From a virus (lineage: Duplodnaviria > Caudoviricetes): DNA of 40,517 nt. The first letter of the stretch is position 1; each line of letters opens with the position of its first letter. Location of the stretch: positions 1-40,517 of the IMG/VR virus record IMGVR_UViG_3300021082_000318; one strand, 5' to 3'. Under the pieces are notes generated by a model. It was not told the origin of the DNA, made no database searches, and was given only the letters and a program-made list of their open reading frames with translations. Below are positions 1-9,014 of this stretch, one piece after another. The position numbers were made by a program, and so were the translations under genes.

Positions 1-2
1 TG

Positions 3-248
3 GTGAAGCTGGCCGATGACGATTGGAACAAGTATCGCCAGCACAAGACGATCTCGGACATTCAGCGATACGCTTGCAGTTTCCTCAAGCTGGAGCGGCC
101 CTGGCTGCTCGACGCTGAGATCACGGCGGCGCTGTCCGAGTGCCCAAGCTGCTTCGAGAAGGTCAACCCGCGCGCAATCGTCTGCTCGCATTGCCGATTC
201 GTGCTGGACGAGGCTCGTTACAAGGCAGCACAGTTCGCATCGCTTTAA
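3..248 (+). CDS. 5'-truncated hypothetical protein with C-terminal Zn ribbon
   Basis: ORF open at the window edge; CPSC...CSHC pair; stop TAA at 246-248. Confidence 0.6.
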   Translation: MKLADDDWNKYRQHKTISDIQRYACSFLKLERPWLLDAEITAALSECPSCFEKVNPRAIVCSHCRFVLDEARYKAAQFASL

Positions 249-263
249 GTTCATCGGCTGAAC
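249..263. promoter_or_regulatory. palindromic operator-like site GTTCA-N5-TGAAC (copy 1)
   Basis: GTTCATCGGCTGAAC in the intergenic gap; the same palindrome recurs at 31909, 33644, 34726 and 40286. Confidence 0.6.
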
Positions 264-279
264 AATTACAGGGACTGCA

Positions 280-927
280 ATGCCTGACACAGCGGGACAG
301 GTAATGATGGAGTCGAAGGCACTACTCAACGATTTGGGTGGCGTCTTCTACACCAGCGACTCGCTTCTCCCTTACCTGAACAAGGCATACAGGGAGTTGC
401 AGGACTACTACAACCTTCATGGGTTGAAGACGACGGTGGACGTGTCCGCAATCTCCACCATCGTAGCAGGCACTGTGCTTCTTCAGGTTCCTCCGCCCGA
501 CATGCTGAGGCCGATCGAGATTGCAGAGCGCTCGCCGGGGTCCTCTGATCAGTTCAGCGAGATGGACGAGCGGTCTTGGGAACCCGATCAAGTCCCGACG
601 ACTCACCTGAGAGTTTGGATTTGGCGTGAGGAGCAGGTTCACTTCCTCGGTGCGACGGCGGACAGAGAGATTCGGATACGTTACGTCAAGTCTCTCACGC
701 CGTTCCAAGGCGAGAACAGCACCATCGGAATCATCAACGCGATGTCAGTGCTCGCAGCAAGAACGGCAGCACTCGCAGCGCGGTTCATCGGTGAGAATCC
801 GACGCGGGCTGACGAACTCGATTCCGATACCGGGATGGCACTGGACCGCCTGATTGTCACCGCGATCAGGCAGAATCAGGGACTCCCGGCAAGAAGGCGT
901 CGGACACGGTATCGCAGACCGAACTAG
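280..927 (+). CDS. putative head-tail adaptor / tail tubular protein A-like
   Basis: 215 aa; N-terminal helical 'LLPYLNKAYRELQ' segment; first gene of the tail block, ahead of a nozzle-like gene, as in podoviruses. Confidence 0.6.
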   Translation: MPDTAGQVMMESKALLNDLGGVFYTSDSLLPYLNKAYRELQDYYNLHGLKTTVDVSAISTIVAGTVLLQVPPPDMLRPIEIAERSPGSSDQFSEMDERSWEPDQVPTTHLRVWIWREEQVHFLGATADREIRIRYVKSLTPFQGENSTIGIINAMSVLAARTAALAARFIGENPTRADELDSDTGMALDRLIVTAIRQNQGLPARRRRTRYRRPN

Positions 928-935
928 GAGGGGAC

Positions 936-1229
936 ATGTTTTCTGGAGTCGTAAGCAAGCGTTCCGAGAGGGTCGTAGCGTCAGCGAACATCATCAACGC
1001 TGATGCGGACATTCTCGTCATCTCGGGTTCGGTGGTCATCAAGACCATCCTGCCCAAGACTGGCGGAGTCGCTTCACAGGAGGTCACACTCATTCCTCTG
1101 GCGGCGGGACTCGCCACGGACGCCACTGGCAACATCGCGGTTGCCGTCGCTCTGGTGCAGAACCGTGCGCAGAAGTTGACCTGGAGCGACTCGCAGAACA
1201 AGTGGTATCCCGCAATCGCGGCGGTGTAA
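936..1229 (+). CDS. hypothetical virion-associated protein
   Basis: GGAGG RBS; 97 aa beta-rich ORF packed between tail genes. Confidence 0.55.
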   Translation: MFSGVVSKRSERVVASANIINADADILVISGSVVIKTILPKTGGVASQEVTLIPLAAGLATDATGNIAVAVALVQNRAQKLTWSDSQNKWYPAIAAV

Positions 1230-1232
1230 CAC

Positions 1233-3107
1233 ATGCAGCGAGACCATCAGCCAATTACGGTTAGCGAGTTCCGAGGCACGTTTGATCGGGGCGAGGATGA
1301 CGTCTGCCCGCCCAATCACTTCCTCGATTCTCTGAACGTGATTTTCACTGAGCTTGGCGTGGGGACAAGGAAGGGCACCGAGCAGTCCTTTATCCTCGCC
1401 AACATTCGCCGGATGCACTCTTACAAGAGGACTGGTGAGGCTGATCGTCTACTCATTCTCGACGGCAGTGGGCGTATCTGGGACACAACGGATCTGGATA
1501 CGCCCATACTCACTGTTGCTGGAATGATTGATTTCAGCATGGTGTCGCTTTACAACCGTGCTTACATCACTCCACACAATGGCGTTCGCGGACTACCCGG
1601 CGAGAAGGTCTACGTCTATGAAGGCTCTGGTGTGGCTCGACCCGCTGCTGGAGCAGCTCCAACGGGCGCTCCGATTGTGGCGGCTACGGCGACGTTTGAT
1701 GGCAGCGTGGAGAAGGGCAAGCACCTCTTCGCTGTCTCTTACGAGACAAGTTCAGGCCACCTGACACAGCCCGGACCATCACCGTTCACGCTCTACGATG
1801 CGCCAGGAGCGAGGAAGGTCGACCTGAGCAATGTCCCTGTTGGACCTGTTGGGACGGTTGCGCGCGTCCTGCTGGCAACAAAGAAGCTCGCGACCGACTA
1901 CGCAGGCGACGCGGCCAATCAGGAGTTCTTCATCATCCCGAACGGTCGCATCGGTGACAACATCACCACGACCATCACGGTTGATTTCTTCGACGCCGAC
2001 CTACAGGGCAGTGCCGATTACCTGTTGGACGAGCTGGCTATCATCCCCGCAGGCGTGGGCATCGGAGTCTACAAGAACCGCATGACGGTGTGGGGAACGG
2101 ACACTGTCGAAGCAGGAGTCTTCTTCTCGCAGGCAGGGCAGCCAGAATCGATATCGGCGACGGAAGGATTCATTCTCGCTTTCCCTGGTGATGCTGCCGG
2201 AGGTGTTAAGAACTGCGTCGAGTTCCGGATGCAGTATTACATCCTCAAGGGTGGTGGTAAGACCTACGTCACCGCTGAGACCGATGACAATCCTGTGTTC
2301 TGGCAGGTGAACAACGTGGATCTGTCTGTCGGGACGGAGTGCCACGGTGTCGCCAAGATTCTGGACCAGAACGGTGCGACGCTTGACAACTTCTTCTGCG
2401 CTGACCGGAGTGCCCTCTACCTGTTCAACGGAACCTTCTCGGAGAACGACCTGAGCAGGAAGATTGAGGACATCTGGAATCGAATCAACCGGAATCATTT
2501 CAACCAGGTAGAGGTTGTTTACGACCCAATCAAGTCGCTCATCTACGTCGCTGTTCCCCTCGATGATGCGGTGACCAATTCCCATGTCCTCGTGGGTGAT
2601 GTAGTAGACGGAATTGATCCGGCGAATATCCGATGGACGACATGGAGCTTTCCGAAGACTCCGACGACTATCGCAGTGGACCTGAACGCAGCGACCAAGC
2701 GTGCTCAATTCCGCTTCGGATCGATTGAGGACAACGTCTACGTTTACGATATCACGAAGCTAACCGACTCCAACACGGCAATCGAGAGCTTCATCGAGAC
2801 TGCTCTCTTGCCTGCTGATGCGGACGAAGCTGATCCAGTGATCTATCAGTTCGGACACCTTCAGCTCAGGGTGAAGGGCAACGGGCCGATGGACATCATC
2901 ATTACTGGTATCGACCGAGCGCGCGCGATTCAGCCCGCAGGCATCGCATTGAGCAGCGCGCCTGGCCGCACACTCGAGCGCATGTTCAACTTTCAGGACG
3001 AGCGCGCCTCGGTGAAGATCCGGACGAATGGGATTGAGGACTATTTCCATCTCACTCGTCTGAAGTTCTACGCGACAATGCTTTGGGTCGGACGTGTCAA
3101 CGTCTAA
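1233..3107 (+). CDS. putative tail nozzle / tail tubular protein B (P22 gp10-like position)
   Basis: 624 aa, beta-rich; size and position after the adaptor typical of podovirus nozzle proteins. Confidence 0.6.
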   Translation: MQRDHQPITVSEFRGTFDRGEDDVCPPNHFLDSLNVIFTELGVGTRKGTEQSFILANIRRMHSYKRTGEADRLLILDGSGRIWDTTDLDTPILTVAGMIDFSMVSLYNRAYITPHNGVRGLPGEKVYVYEGSGVARPAAGAAPTGAPIVAATATFDGSVEKGKHLFAVSYETSSGHLTQPGPSPFTLYDAPGARKVDLSNVPVGPVGTVARVLLATKKLATDYAGDAANQEFFIIPNGRIGDNITTTITVDFFDADLQGSADYLLDELAIIPAGVGIGVYKNRMTVWGTDTVEAGVFFSQAGQPESISATEGFILAFPGDAAGGVKNCVEFRMQYYILKGGGKTYVTAETDDNPVFWQVNNVDLSVGTECHGVAKILDQNGATLDNFFCADRSALYLFNGTFSENDLSRKIEDIWNRINRNHFNQVEVVYDPIKSLIYVAVPLDDAVTNSHVLVGDVVDGIDPANIRWTTWSFPKTPTTIAVDLNAATKRAQFRFGSIEDNVYVYDITKLTDSNTAIESFIETALLPADADEADPVIYQFGHLQLRVKGNGPMDIIITGIDRARAIQPAGIALSSAPGRTLERMFNFQDERASVKIRTNGIEDYFHLTRLKFYATMLWVGRVNV

Positions 3108-4600
3108 TGGCTACCCAACGCATCACTACGTTCGCCTCGCTGGTTGAAGGATACCAGCATACTGATCCGAAGCTGTATCAGATTCTGCAGATGTTCGTTC
3201 AGACGATTGGTGAACTTCAAGCGGAAGTAGACCCAATCGTTCGCCAGATCACGCAAGGGCCAGGGTCGATTGCAGCGATTCCGACATCGCCGACGACCAT
3301 CAACTACGAGATTCTCAATCAGCGCATCCTGAGAATCTACTGGTCTGGTGCAACGAACGCCGCGTCATACGAGGTTCGTAAAGGAACAGAGTGGGACACA
3401 GCTACATTCGTGACGGCGACGAATCAACAAGAAGTGCGACTCGATCCGATTTTGGTCGGGAGTCACACCTACTTGGTGAGAGCGAGGAATGGTATCGGGG
3501 TCTATGCGGAGACCTTCAAGTCAATCGTGGTTCCAATTCCCCCGATTGGCTCAATATCAATCACCGCTCAGGTTATCGACAACAACGTCCTCCTGCGGTA
3601 TTCGGAACCTGATTCGACGTGGGAGATCGATTACTACGACGTCTATCGGAACAACGCTCTACTTGGACACATCGACTCGAACTTCTTTGTCTGGTTTGAG
3701 AATCTGGCAGGCACGAATGTCTACTCCGTTGAGGCCATTGACATTGCTGGTAATCGGAGCGCTCGTGCTTCTGTTACTGCTGTAGTCAACGCGCCACCGG
3801 ACTTTGAGCTTCAAGACATTCGCGTCTCGCTTCTCGCTGGGACAAGAGTCAATGCCCTCATCTGGGGTGAACCAGCCCTCGGATGGGACTACACAGATAC
3901 GCAGGGTTGGGCAACCACGGATTACGTCTGGTTCGCCAGCAACACTGGCAAGCTTCTCGTCTGTGTGGACCTTGACGATACGTGGGAGAGTCACTGGCTT
4001 GAAGATAGTTGGGACCAGCCGTCTGATCAGGTCAGCGCTGGATACCCGGTCTACCTGGCACCTATGGCCCTCACGGCCATGTATCAGGAGACTATCGATT
4101 ACGGAGGCGTGTTCAACAACGTCATCCTGAACTTGAGCTGGGTGCTGGACCAACTGTCGAATCTTGGAACAGTCGGTGCTCAACCACAGATTGAGTTCTC
4201 ACTTGACGGCATAAACTGGAGCGAGCCAGCTTTGAGTGCGTCGGCATTCGCTGAGAGCTTCCGGTATGCAAGGCTTACGTTCAACTTCACGTCAGACAAT
4301 GCGAAGGCCCTTGCAATCTTCTCGAACTTGGTCATCCTGTTGGACGTGAAGCGGGACATTGATTCTGGATTCGTAAGTGCGCTGTCTGCTGATGTAGGTG
4401 GAACTCCAGTCTACTTCAACAAGACCTTCAAAGACATTGACTCCATTACGCTCGGACCGACGAAGCAGGTGGAGCCTTTGACAGCGATTTACGATTTCAT
4501 TGATGTTCCGAATCCACTTGGTTTCAAGGTGTTCGTGTTCGACAGCACCGGGAATCGAGTCACGGCGGTTTGTAGCTGGAAGGCTAGGGGGATAGTCTAG
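3107..4600 (+). CDS. tail protein with fibronectin type III-like repeats
   Basis: ATG at 3107 overlaps upstream stop (TAATG); FN3-like motifs 'IYWSGATNAASYEVR', 'TYLVRARNGIG', 'YSVEAIDIAGNRS'. Confidence 0.65.
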   Translation: MATQRITTFASLVEGYQHTDPKLYQILQMFVQTIGELQAEVDPIVRQITQGPGSIAAIPTSPTTINYEILNQRILRIYWSGATNAASYEVRKGTEWDTATFVTATNQQEVRLDPILVGSHTYLVRARNGIGVYAETFKSIVVPIPPIGSISITAQVIDNNVLLRYSEPDSTWEIDYYDVYRNNALLGHIDSNFFVWFENLAGTNVYSVEAIDIAGNRSARASVTAVVNAPPDFELQDIRVSLLAGTRVNALIWGEPALGWDYTDTQGWATTDYVWFASNTGKLLVCVDLDDTWESHWLEDSWDQPSDQVSAGYPVYLAPMALTAMYQETIDYGGVFNNVILNLSWVLDQLSNLGTVGAQPQIEFSLDGINWSEPALSASAFAESFRYARLTFNFTSDNAKALAIFSNLVILLDVKRDIDSGFVSALSADVGGTPVYFNKTFKDIDSITLGPTKQVEPLTAIYDFIDVPNPLGFKVFVFDSTGNRVTAVCSWKARGIV

Positions 4601-5751
4601 TGCCTACTCGCTGGATGCGGTGGAACGAGACGACGCACATCTTCGAGTATTCGACAGATGGTGTCGCGTTCGGACAACTCCCTCTGGATGCCTCCATCCT
4701 TACACAGGGTATCATCGACCCCGCTCGCCTGCCTGATGTAGGTGGTGGTGTCGACCCAACGGTGCCTATTGATTGGACTGGCCAGCAGACCTATTCCGGT
4801 GTCGCGCCAAGTCTGAGGTTTCAAGAGACTGATCAAGCTGCGAACCTGAAGCTTTGGGACATGCAGGTTGATGCCCAAATCCTCCGATTCCGCTCACTCA
4901 ACGATGCCTTCGTTGCCACTGAGTTGATGACGCTCACACGAGGCGGCATCCTCACAGTCAAGGCGACAGGTATCGGCTCGCACGATTTCCAAGCCAACTA
5001 CGCAGGCGGCAACACTCTGAGCATGAGCAACACGAGTGCGGCTGCGTCTGCGTATGCTGGTATCATCTTTGCAAACAACCTCGGGGCCAACCGCTCCCAG
5101 GTTCTGCACATGTCGAGCACGTATGGAGCAGTCGCGGGCTACTACCCAGACATGCTCAATATGGTCAGCTTGGCTGCGGCTGCTGGCATCAACATCAACG
5201 CGAAAGGTGGCACTCTTACCATCAGGACCAACGACATTGCTCGTATCGGTATTACCAATGCTGGTGCCATTTCAATCGTTGGTGACATATCACTAACTGG
5301 AGTTTTGGTAGCTACCGGCTATGTCAATGCTGCAACTGGATACTACGAGTTCGGCAGGACTGTTCCTCAGGGTGTCTGGATTAACGTTCCATACAGTGCT
5401 GGTCTATTCACAGCTTCGACTGGAACGTGGACGGTAGAGGCTGGCGACTTCGGCTATCTCCGATACATGATAGTCGGGAAGACCTGCACGGTTTCGTTTA
5501 ACATCGCCACTTCGACCAACAGTGCAAGCACTACTTATCTATACATAGCACTTCCCGCTGCTTGCACGTGCGGAGCATACACTGCTCAGGCTTCTGGTCG
5601 CGGCGTTCTTAGCAACGCGTGGCAAGGTGTCTCGATATCCATAGCGGCAGGTGCAGCCACTCTGGTTTTGGGCACGCTCAATGCTACGAATATCGGTTCG
5701 TTTGCCAACTCTACTTACGCTGCAGGGACAATCACTTACGAGATTCCATAG
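4600..5751 (+). CDS. putative tail fibre / receptor-binding protein
   Basis: TAGTG coupling; Gly/Ala/Thr/Ser-rich beta repeats; C-terminal 'YMIVGKTCTVSF...LYIALP' domain resembling fibre tips. Confidence 0.65.
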   Translation: MPTRWMRWNETTHIFEYSTDGVAFGQLPLDASILTQGIIDPARLPDVGGGVDPTVPIDWTGQQTYSGVAPSLRFQETDQAANLKLWDMQVDAQILRFRSLNDAFVATELMTLTRGGILTVKATGIGSHDFQANYAGGNTLSMSNTSAAASAYAGIIFANNLGANRSQVLHMSSTYGAVAGYYPDMLNMVSLAAAAGININAKGGTLTIRTNDIARIGITNAGAISIVGDISLTGVLVATGYVNAATGYYEFGRTVPQGVWINVPYSAGLFTASTGTWTVEAGDFGYLRYMIVGKTCTVSFNIATSTNSASTTYLYIALPAACTCGAYTAQASGRGVLSNAWQGVSISIAAGAATLVLGTLNATNIGSFANSTYAAGTITYEIP

Positions 5752-5760
5752 GAACCGACG

Positions 5761-5955
5761 ATGCCGCTGAACGCTAACATAACGGATGCTCTCGCACTGC
5801 TTGGTCTCAAGACGCTGGAAGTCGAGCAACTTCGAAACCAGATGGAGTTGATGACCATCGAATACAACAAGCTCAACGACGAGAATCAGGAGCTCAGAGG
5901 AAGACTTCTGGTGCCTGACAAGGAACATCAACAGGCGTTGCGCGAGGTCAAGTAA
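5761..5955 (+). CDS. small coiled-coil protein (possible fibre chaperone)
   Basis: heptad-like 'LEVEQLRNQMELMTIEYNKLNDENQELRGRL'; TAATG coupled to next gene. Confidence 0.5.
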   Translation: MPLNANITDALALLGLKTLEVEQLRNQMELMTIEYNKLNDENQELRGRLLVPDKEHQQALREVK

Positions 5956-6419
5956 TGGCTGACTGGCTGAAACCGACGATTACCAGCGACTACATCAATT
6001 TCGTGGCCGAGCTCGATAGCCGCTTGAATGATGCAGCGCAGATGTTCGTCAATGACCCTGCAAATCCACCAGCGGGTGCCATCAGATACCAACGCTCCAC
6101 TAACCTGCTTCAAGAGTGGGATGGTGCGGCGTGGCAGAACAAAGTCATCTCCATTGCTGGTGGCGGCACGGGCGCGAGCACTCCGTCAGGTATCTTGGGC
6201 AATCTCAACCTCGGCACGATGGCGCTTCAGAACGCCTCTGCCGTTGCAATCACCGGCGGTTCGCTCTCTGGTATTACGTCACTGACTCTGGCAGGCAATC
6301 TCATTTTCGCTGCTGACGGAGTTGCTAGCATCGGCACGAACACAGTGAGGCCAAATGCGCTCTACATCCGCAACGGCCTCGTCATCCCGGTCGGCACTGA
6401 TAAGTTCGTCTCAGCATAA
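5955..6419 (+). CDS. tail fibre-like protein
   Basis: fibre-type motifs 'GAIRYQRSTNLLQEWDGAAW', 'IAGGGTGAST', 'LGTMALQNASAVAITGG'. Confidence 0.6.
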   Translation: MADWLKPTITSDYINFVAELDSRLNDAAQMFVNDPANPPAGAIRYQRSTNLLQEWDGAAWQNKVISIAGGGTGASTPSGILGNLNLGTMALQNASAVAITGGSLSGITSLTLAGNLIFAADGVASIGTNTVRPNALYIRNGLVIPVGTDKFVSA

Positions 6420-7534
6420 TGGCTAAGGTCCCTGGTAGCATTTGGGTGGAAGGAACTGCCCTTCACTTTGTCGCGAGTGACATGAGTGAGTGGAAGTATC
6501 AGGGCGAGACTGTCATTGGTGTCATAGAGATTGGACTTCCCGGCTCCCTGTGGATTGAGTCTGATTTTCTTTATTACGTCGGAGCAGACAACTTCGAGTA
6601 TCGGATTCTCCACACGCTCATCAAGCAGACGACTGGCATTGCTGGTAGTGTTTGGATTGACAACCAGAAACGCATCTCCTGGCTGGACTTTAGTCGGGCG
6701 CACAGGCAAGGGCACGGTGACGTTGCTCATTCGGACCATCAAGACAACACGCACTCGGATGGCGCGCATGGGGACATCGTTCACGAAGATTCGGCGCACT
6801 CTGATGTGGCGCACTCGGACCATCAGGATAACACTCATAGTGATGTTGCTCACAGTGACGTCACTCATGTTGATCATACTGATAATGACCATGATGATAT
6901 AAGTCATCTGGACAGTCACACTGATACAGCTCATGGTGATGTGGCTCACGCTGACCAGCCTCATTCTGATTGTGCGCATCAAGATAATCATGCTGATTCA
7001 GAATACAGTCTCCATCATGATTGGACACATCCGGGATGCCATAACGACCATACTGATGGCTCTCATGGGGATACTACTTATCCATCGAATCACGTGGATA
7101 TTCCCCAATGGGGTTCGCCTCCCAATTATGGTCATTCCGACTTCCATGCCGATACACCTCATTATGACTATGCTTCTCAGAATTCGCATACTGACGTTGC
7201 TCACAAGGACGTAGCTCATTCTGATCGATCGCATACGGACCATACGGATAACGATCACGATGACATTGTGCATAAGGACACCGCTCACTCTGACGCGACG
7301 CACAACGATCATCGAGACACTCACGGAGACGCAGGACACCAGGACGTAGCATTCCAAGACGTGTCGCATCAGGATGAGGGTCACAACGATCATCAAGACC
7401 AAGCTCTCGTTGCACAACCAGCGTTGGTTGAATTGCATACTGATATAGCTCACACTGACGTAGCTCATGGGGACCATGAAGATGGTGCTCATACGGATAT
7501 CGCCCACAGTGACTCGGGACACCAGGACATTTAG
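6419..7534 (+). CDS. His-x-Asp repeat protein; candidate virion substrate of the adjacent radical SAM enzyme
   Basis: TAATG coupled to fibre gene; 98-aa N-terminal domain with three GSxW[VI][ED] repeats, then about 51 HxD triplets (manual count). Confidence 0.85.
   Translation: MAKVPGSIWVEGTALHFVASDMSEWKYQGETVIGVIEIGLPGSLWIESDFLYYVGADNFEYRILHTLIKQTTGIAGSVWIDNQKRISWLDFSRAHRQGHGDVAHSDHQDNTHSDGAHGDIVHEDSAHSDVAHSDHQDNTHSDVAHSDVTHVDHTDNDHDDISHLDSHTDTAHGDVAHADQPHSDCAHQDNHADSEYSLHHDWTHPGCHNDHTDGSHGDTTYPSNHVDIPQWGSPPNYGHSDFHADTPHYDYASQNSHTDVAHKDVAHSDRSHTDHTDNDHDDIVHKDTAHSDATHNDHRDTHGDAGHQDVAFQDVSHQDEGHNDHQDQALVAQPALVELHTDIAHTDVAHGDHEDGAHTDIAHSDSGHQDI
6713..7531 (+). repeat. coding HxD(xx) repeat array
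   Basis: HGD VA HSD HQD NT HSD GA HGD IV HED... with mostly 5- or 3-residue period. Confidence 0.9.
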
Positions 7535-7542
7535 GAGTTGAC

Positions 7543-7800
7543 ATGCCTTCCTCAATCAGCATCGGATATCCGCAGGTGATTGCGGACAACGTGCCTCGCG
7601 CACTGCCTGGCAAGAAGTGCCGCCTGTTCATCACGGCAGGGACGGCGACTTCGATCGACATCAGCAACAACTCGGACATGACTGGCGCCAAGAACAGCGT
7701 CGTTGCGACCGGGGCGGCGTTCTCGGAATCTGGCGTCGACGTGGCGGCTGGCTTCCTCCGAGTCAACGGTGGGACGGCGACAGTGAGGTTGACGGCGTGA
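7543..7800 (+). CDS. small hypothetical beta-rich protein
   Basis: AGGAG RBS; 85 aa; stop overlaps the radical SAM start (GTGA). Confidence 0.7.
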   Translation: MPSSISIGYPQVIADNVPRALPGKKCRLFITAGTATSIDISNNSDMTGAKNSVVATGAAFSESGVDVAAGFLRVNGGTATVRLTA

Positions 7801-9014
7801 GCGTAGAACTTAATCCGTCCGGTGTCGCTTGCAATATCGGCTGCGTGTATTGCTACGAGAATCCCCTGCGTGACGCGAAGAACGTCAACGTGCCGTGGGA
7901 CTGGGAGAAGGTGCGCGCCGAGTTGGACAAGCATGGACAGTTCTCCCTTCACGGTGGAGAGCCATTCCTCGCGCCCATCGATCGCATCGAGAAGGCGCTG
8001 GAGTATGGCTTCAAGCGTCATGGAGCCACTGGTGCACAGACCAATGGGACGCTGATCACGGAGGCGCACATTGATCTATTTAAGAGATATAATACGCATA
8101 TCGGTATCTCTTGCGACGGCCCGGAACGATGCTCTGATGCGCGAGCGGCAGGAACGCAGGAAGAAACTCGCGCAGCAACTAAGAAGACAACGGACATTAT
8201 CGAGAGGCTCCATCGCGAGGGAATCCAAGTCTCGATAATCACTACCCTCTGGCGGGGGAACTGCCATGAGGACACGTTCTGGATGCTCTGCGAATGGTTC
8301 GAGAGATTGGACAAGCTGGGACTTCGGTGGGTCAATCTGCACTACCTTGAGGTCGATAGCAGACAGGCGTCCAAGCTCAGGGTCGATACACCGATCTTGA
8401 TCCAGCGCATGAAGCACCTGATGGGAATGGAGAGATCTTTCAAGAATCTCCGTTTCGAGAACTTCAAGGCATACCAGAATCTCCTCCGTGGAAACACCGA
8501 GGGGACAAACTGCGTCTGGCATGCTTGCGACGTGATGACGACGCCAGCGGTTCAGGGCATCAACGGTCAGGGCGAGCTGACGAATTGCAACCGCACGAAC
8601 AAGATGGGAGTCGATTGGAAGAAGGCTGACACATCCGGTATCGAGCGCCAGCACGCGCTCTACAACACGCCATACAATTACGGTGGCTGCAAGGGATGCC
8701 GTTTCTTCCTCATGTGCAAGGGTGAATGTCCCGGCACTGGACTCGACGGCGACTGGCGGAATCGGACCGAGCATTGCGAGGTCATCATGGCGATCTTCGA
8801 GCACTACGAGAACATGATGATCGATCTCGGCCAGACTCCAGCGTCACTGTCTCCTTGCAGGCCAAAGTGGGAACAGGAGTTCTTCGCTGGCAATCGCCCC
8901 ACTGCTGCTCATGGCGATGCCCCACATGGGGACTCGAAGCACGGCGATGCGCACGGTGATCACACAGATGCTCGGGTGCAAGCCTACGCGGAGGTTCGCC
9001 GTGAAGTGCGCTGA
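7797..9014 (+). CDS. radical SAM / SPASM-domain enzyme (peptide/protein maturase-like)
   Basis: GTG start 7797 with GAGG RBS; CNIGCVYC (CxxxCxxC), HGGEP, QTNGTLI, ISCDGP; SPASM pattern Cx14Gx4C...Cx2Cx5Cx3C...C. Confidence 0.92.
   Translation: MSVELNPSGVACNIGCVYCYENPLRDAKNVNVPWDWEKVRAELDKHGQFSLHGGEPFLAPIDRIEKALEYGFKRHGATGAQTNGTLITEAHIDLFKRYNTHIGISCDGPERCSDARAAGTQEETRAATKKTTDIIERLHREGIQVSIITTLWRGNCHEDTFWMLCEWFERLDKLGLRWVNLHYLEVDSRQASKLRVDTPILIQRMKHLMGMERSFKNLRFENFKAYQNLLRGNTEGTNCVWHACDVMTTPAVQGINGQGELTNCNRTNKMGVDWKKADTSGIERQHALYNTPYNYGGCKGCRFFLMCKGECPGTGLDGDWRNRTEHCEVIMAIFEHYENMMIDLGQTPASLSPCRPKWEQEFFAGNRPTAAHGDAPHGDSKHGDAHGDHTDARVQAYAEVRREVR

Noticed and set aside
4600-7534. Diversity-generating retroelement acting on fibre genes
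   Set aside because: No reverse transcriptase and no template/variable repeat pair seen.
6362-7555. Met/Val/Ile-rich minus-strand ORFs (6362-6991, 6998-7555)
   Set aside because: Antisense shadows of CAT/GAT/CAC/GAC repeats in the HxD gene.
7617-7796. ORF-track N-terminal extension of the rSAM (similarly 3083, 8911, 10278, 13395, 24888, 35385, 35729, 37884 starts)
   Set aside because: These overlap upstream genes; downstream starts have RBSs or stop/start coupling.
6419-9014. Known His-Xaa-Ser (HxsA/B/C/D) system
   Set aside because: The repeat is His-x-Asp, there is only one rSAM gene, and the context is a phage tail operon.
7797-9014. rSAM as QueE, NrdG, MoaA or anaerobic sulfatase maturase
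   Set aside because: No queuosine-pathway, NrdD, Moco or sulfatase genes in the window; full SPASM domain and HxD tail point to the neighbouring repeat protein.
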